From Fimbriosthenelais zetlandica (taxonomy: Eukaryota): a stretch of 64,000 bases of DNA. This document shows positions 58,466-64,000 of this stretch, piece by piece. A model generated the notes under the pieces. The model ran no database searches. It had not been told where the DNA came from and saw only the letters and a program-made list of their open reading frames with translations. A program made the position numbers and the translations under genes. Each line of letters opens with the position of its first letter. The stretch's first letter is position 1. The DNA lies in contig OZ365109.1 of NCBI GenBank assembly GCA_977030845.1, positions 52,576,001 to 52,640,000 on the forward strand. The letters run 5' to 3'.

Positions 58466-60549
58466 GTTGTGAGCAGTCCTGAGCACTTACAATCCCAAAC
58501 GAGCAACTCCACTGTCATCTCTTTCCAAATTATATCATCAGACCAAAAAGTTTTGATTGATAAGTCTTGGTCTTTCCACTTTCTCTTTCTCCCTCCTACT
58601 CCTCTCGATAAAGCCTTGGTAAGCCAAGGAAACTTTGAAGAACGAGTTAATGGATTTTCCAGGTTTACAAGCCAGCAAGTACTTGGTAAAATCTCCACAA
58701 GTTGTTGGAAGGAAGGAGGCTTGAACCGAGAGATAGAAAGAGTTGGCCACTTTGTTATCCTTCTGTTCCCAGGTTTTCATGTTCACAACAAATTCGAAGT
58801 TCCAGGTTATAGAGCCGCTATGATTCCCGGCCTCCGGTAAAGCCACAATTATCAATGATGAATGACTGGAGGCAAGTTGGCACAGTACAGTATTGGATCC
58901 AGCGTGCATGCATGGTCAGAATCGATGAATGGATGAACGCATTAAGAGATTAGATTAGTCATAAGAGTGCATCTGTTGTCTTTGGCATGAAGGCACCACT
59001 TTGAGGGATATTTCCTCCACTTCTAACATTCCAAACCTGCGATATGATGATGATCCTAAACCTATGGGAAAACTATTTTAATTCAACGAAAAAGATAACA
59101 AATATATCCACCTGTGTTTGATTTCTTCGGTTGCTGATAAATGTATTCATGACGTCTGTCGCCAACCAAAGGTTGGCCATAAAAAATTAAGGAATCTATG
59201 GGGGGAAATCAGTTGGTCATATTCAAGACTTTGGCACGTTTAGACAAGTATTTCACAACCAAGCCGATACCCACGCCACACCTTTCCAAAATCAGCATCC
59301 AAAACATCGAGAAGCACTTTTCCTGTTTCCAAACTTAGTACCTTTGTAAACATGACCGTTCAATGATCCATCAGCGCCCGAGAGATTTCATTGAACCCTG
59401 TGAAGGACATGCAAAGTTCTGAGGCTCCTTATCCACGGGAAAGCAATTATGAAAGGCTACAGGCCAAAATGGATGGAGAGATAGGCAGCGTTGCTCTTAT
59501 AGGAAGGTGTGAATTATGGCAATCCAAGGGGGGCAATTATAGTCAAAAACTGCCCTACTGCGAGGAAAAAGGTGAGCAGTATGTCTACAACTGAGCAAGG
59601 TAATACATAAAAACACTCCAGGTGTGTGAATGTATAAAGGACCAGCACCATGTAGCTCCAGCTGGCCACTGGAGTAAAATCCCATCACTGATCCTATCCA
59701 GCCAGACCCTGGAGAAAGGCTAATAGCTCACATACATGAGCACTGTTTCCCTCCAGGGTCAAACCCACACAAATGGTGCTTATGTTGGCGTTTTATTGAT
59801 TAGCAAGTGCATGGAATCCTAAACACCCAGTACCACCGCAATCACTGGGAAAATATTCATCACGTTTATAATCAGGAAAGCAATGCTAGTTTCAATGTGT
59901 CCCTAGTTACAATAGTAAGGTCCTTTAACAGGGATCCCAGCAATTCATTGAAGCAAAATACCCTGAGGCATTTTCGTTTTCAAATTAATTCTTCTGATTT
60001 CTCTGATTCGAAAAAGGGAAAACCTTGATTTTCAAGGATGGACGCGAACACTGTTTTAGTTTTCTTGAAACCAAATAAAACATTTCTTTATGATCCACAG
60101 GGGATTTAGCGCAATACAAGCCCCGTTCCGTCAGATGCATGGGATCAACATCAGTTATAAAGACAATCTGCCATGGATACAGATCTGAATGTGATTTAGA
60201 GATCTGTCTATTCATCCAGACTGACCAGTAATGACAAGTCTGAACTGCATGTAATTCAAGTAATATAGACATAGTTTCAAGCTTCATTCTCACACATCAG
60301 GACTAACTGCTTGGGCGCCTATCTATACCTGAGAACAGCATTTGATCTGGGAATCATTTCTTATCCCTCACACCATCTGTTCTCAATGAACATCTTCAGT
60401 AGAGAAGGAGGCATTGTCAGGCAACACTCGTAAATACTCTTCTATCCCTTGAGGTCTACTCCACTATTAGTGAACAAAAAGTTGACTTTGCATCACATAT
60501 CAAAAGGCAAGTCATCCATGGACTAGGGTAAAAATGGCCGTGAGAGGAG

Positions 60550-61200
60550 TTGTACTAAATCAATCTGTTTCCTCTCGGCGAATATAATTATAGGAAACAC
60601 ATGTTGAAAGGGAGGAGATAGTTAATATCTCAGGTGTGCTTAGTTCATACCTGAGGAGGTCAACATGAATTAAATGAGATCAACCTGGATCAAATGATCA
60701 AAGAATGGATCAGCGTGATCTTCAGGGCCCAACAGGAAGTTGTTCTTTCTGCATAAAGTACATGAAGGTTATCAGTTAATTTCACTTGACATTTGATTTG
60801 GCCACAATCAGTGTAACACCTTAACAGGTAGGGGCCAAGCCGGGGCAGAGCAGTAACTGAACTGGACCTTGACTGTTCAAGTGTTCAAGTGTAAAGTGTT
60901 CACTTGTAACTAATAGACAAGGTTGGGACTGACCCGCATCTGAAGGTCCCACTTTTACCATTGACCCGGACAAGAAGGCCAAGCAAAGTGATGATAAACT
61001 TCTTGCAAAAGTAGTTTCCTCTTCAGCATCGACCCAGAACTGTAATGAGGGTCAAGAACTTGGCTCTGGCCTCAAAGCGAAGAGTCATGACTTTGTCACT
61101 GGTCCATAAATGAAGGCCATCTTAGGGATGCAGGTTGGACCATCTTCTATAGCTTATAACTGATACTTTAGCGCTGAAATCCTTTTGGGTCTCGCGACAA
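60550..61200 (-). mobile_element. Decayed LINE RT relic (RTE-like)
   Basis: KGFQR (about 61180), MAFI...TKS (about 61110), LVRVNGKSGTF (60972-60945), LAPT (about 60835) and HVLYAE (about 60755), in RT motif order and spacing. Confidence 0.45.
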
Positions 61201-63099
61201 CTTCTTCAGCTCATAAGTGAATCAATGAAGGCTTTTAAAGACAAATAATAAGGAATCCTTGACTAGTAAAAGCCTTTCAAAATATATATTGTAAATGACT
61301 CCTTGTGCAATGAAAAAAGTGAATTCCAGAAGGCCAATTTAAATGGAAATATTATTATGCTTAAGAACATCCAAGAAATGCTTATTCAATCACACAAACA
61401 CGGATCCCTTCTCTCTGTTTGCTGGTTTTATCTGATAGTTAGTGGCAGAAGTAAAGAGGTATGGCTTCGGTTCAGGTTATTTACTAGAGGAGATAATGCT
61501 ATCTTTCACATTATCCACTACAGGCTTTGACTGAAGGTTAGTGTGATTGCATCAGAGGGAAACACTATTGCTAAATGTCAAATAACCACGCCTTGTGAGT
61601 TGAAACTCTCCGCCCCGGGGCAAGGATCGTGTCAGTGAGAAGAAATACCTCAACCTGGAGCCCTTCTATACAGACAGTTTTGGGGAAAAGAAGAGTGGGC
61701 GCCTGTAGGTCATGATGGACAAAAAATAGTGTAAAGAAACACCACGTTTTTAGGGTTAGATCACTACCAAAAGAGGACTGGGGTCTCAAAAAGGTGTCAG
61801 GGGACATAAAAAAAAGGACAGGAAGAGAAGCGTTTCCACACAAAGACGAAAGGGACAAAGCAAACCTCCTACCAGTTTTCAAGTTTTGAGATAAACTATG
61901 TTTATAGCGGTCTACTTCTCTGATATAATAACCAAACTGATTTCTCGTTAAAAATGTAATTCATCGCTTTGAACTTTGTTTAACTTTATGTTGCCAAGCA
62001 CAGTTTTAACCTCTGAACTGCAGCAAAATAATTATTCCATGGTTTAATTCTTTGGAAGGGCAAATGCAAATGCTTTGATGATATGAAAATTATGGCAAGC
62101 ATAATTGGTATTATACATGAATTTGTATTATTGTAAATTGCAGTCAAAAGCTTGAAATTGCCTGCAGCTGATCTCTTATACATTTTGCATGCTATATTTT
62201 CAGATCTAGAAAGGAAGGTTTGGCCCTTGGCAATTGACTCTGCATGACAGGTACTTATTCACTTTACTGAACAGGTAATTATCAAGTCAGCCAATTTAGT
62301 GCTCAAATATTTGGACAGGTCCAAAATCTGCTAATAATGAACAATTGTGAACTAATAATTCATGCACCTATTCGATTTCACATTGATTCATAATAAATAT
62401 CTTAGGTCATTCTGAATAATGTCTTGCAGGCATGGAATATTTCATGCATTAGCAAACAAAAACACGATCTACTTTTTGCCTCAGGAGAATTCAGATCTGA
62501 GCTAAAGTACCATGTAGAGAAGGTTGCCAAAGCAAACACAAACAGAAGAACTGCCTTTCATTAAAACTGGTCATAATGTGTGGAAAGGCATTGACAAAAG
62601 CAAATATTTCACCTTACTTAAAAGGTATGCCAGCCATCGCAATTCTATAGAGAAGACAATTTTCAGTTTAGTAGATATCAGCTACAGTGAATTTAAGGTG
62701 AAGCAGCCAGAATTACAGCACTGAATTGAACCACCTCTAGCCTGCATTATTCAGGTTTTGCCTTATTTGTTGCTTCATTAAAAATTGATATATCATTTCC
62801 CACCGCGGGAGCAGGCAGAAATCTAAATAAAACCATGGATTGTCACCCTATATGACCTAGTCTAGCCTACACAGCTGACTTCATACTTGCTCTTCCTACA
62901 TCACGTCCACACATTGACACACGTTCAAATACCTGATCCATGTATGTTTATAGACCATGTACAAATAGTAGCAGGCCTAATGCATGATAAAGATAGGGGA
63001 GGCAATGTCCACTAAGCTTAGATCCACGTGCCATATGAGATACCATATGAAAGACATACACCCATGTCTATCCTTCATTTTCCCCAGTTTTCTACCCCC

Positions 63100-64000
63100 T
63101 CTTTTGATCCCTGCACAGGTTTTCTTTGACATTCAGAAGCAAGATCCCTTATTTCCAGGAAAGGTATACTATTTCTGCGCGAACATTTGGCCTGGAGCCA
63201 AACCACATTTGGTAATTTAGTGGGAAACAAAAGCTCAACAAAGCCTGTCTGTTTGGCAGAAGTCAGAGGCATGAATGGGTTACCAAATGACCAGATCAAT
63301 GAGCCATATTCTCATATTCCATCGCACCAAAACAAGCCAGGAACAGACCATAGTGAGAACTCATTCAAACATCCATCTCTGTCCGCGCAGGTCGCTCATA
63401 TTAGACTCCATAATAATAAGCCTTTGTTATATGGGATTAAAAAGAAATCTAAGCTCTTATGAAACACAAAGGCCATTCTACCCTATTGATTTGTGCTACT
63501 CGGGTATTTCAGACTTCAATAATGTAGATTTCCCCCGGGGCTGGCCAGACAGGTAACTTCTATACTGTGCACCACCCTCCAGACGTTCAGTGTCGAGGAA
63601 ATCACAGCCCCTGGCTTTGTCATGCTTTCCAGGAAGAAAAAGGATTACATTTTCAAAGTACCGTGGAATGTCGAGATTTTCAGAACTTGACCTTTTTCTT
63701 CATCCCTGATGACACCTAGATAATCATGATGAAGAGGGGTATAGGGTGAAGGGGGCAACTATCATGAATCAGAGTGGTGGATCAGCAAGGGAAGATCCAG
63801 GGTAGGCCCCCCTCTCCCCCACACACTTCAAGACTGCATGGGTTCTTCCCCTGGGATGAAGATTTTGTACAGACTTTTCCAGGACCAAAGTGATAAATTC
63901 GAGGACTTTCAAATGGCATTATCAGAGTTCTAGTCTATTACAAATATTGGGGAGTATCAAAATCCCGAACGCCCCCACCCTGTTCAGATATCCAGTATAG
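63100..64000 (+). mobile_element. Decayed I/Nimb-clade-like non-LTR retrotransposon RT relic, running off the window end
   Basis: VFFDIQK (AVFFDLEKAYD-like), TTFGNLVGNKSS, NGLP, SLSAQVAHI (SLYADD.AI-like), KYRGM..FSELD...H (KYLG..FDS.L), SRLHG and ILG.IKIP, in order. Confidence 0.45.

Noticed and set aside
59440-59690. FDY...SHLPI endonuclease-end-like motif on minus
   Set aside because: Too degenerate, and its order relative to the neighbouring RT relic does not fit one element.

Overview
Eukaryotic, AT-rich animal DNA. An invertebrate source is likely, but this is inference from the gene family, intron style and repeats. The window is dominated by one minus-strand spliced gene of the IL-16 / PDZD2 / Drosophila big bang multi-PDZ family. 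Six coding exons splice in frame with canonical GT-AG introns: join(complement) 53126-51672, 30510-25988, 17636-17482, 13072-9722, 8589-8077, 7677-7523. That is 10152 nt, or 3383 aa plus stop, and it is 5'-incomplete unless a candidate 11-codon first exon at 58465-58433 is real. The protein has four PDZ domains, three of them split by introns, separated by very long acidic Ser/Pro-rich disordered regions. The last PDZ is IL-16-like and is preceded by a consensus caspase-3 site (DEVD|S). Introns and flanks hold many heavily decayed non-LTR retrotransposon relics, one intact 810-bp Tigger/pogo-type MITE nested in a LINE relic, a 264-bp tandem duplication with inverted sister copies, a tRNA-derived element and simple repeats. 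I found no prokaryotic features, CRISPR arrays, rRNA or intact tRNA genes, and no clearly unprecedented system. The best leads concern how this giant PDZ precursor is spliced, processed and anchored. LINE relic calls come from motif reading by eye across stops and frameshifts and are tentative.
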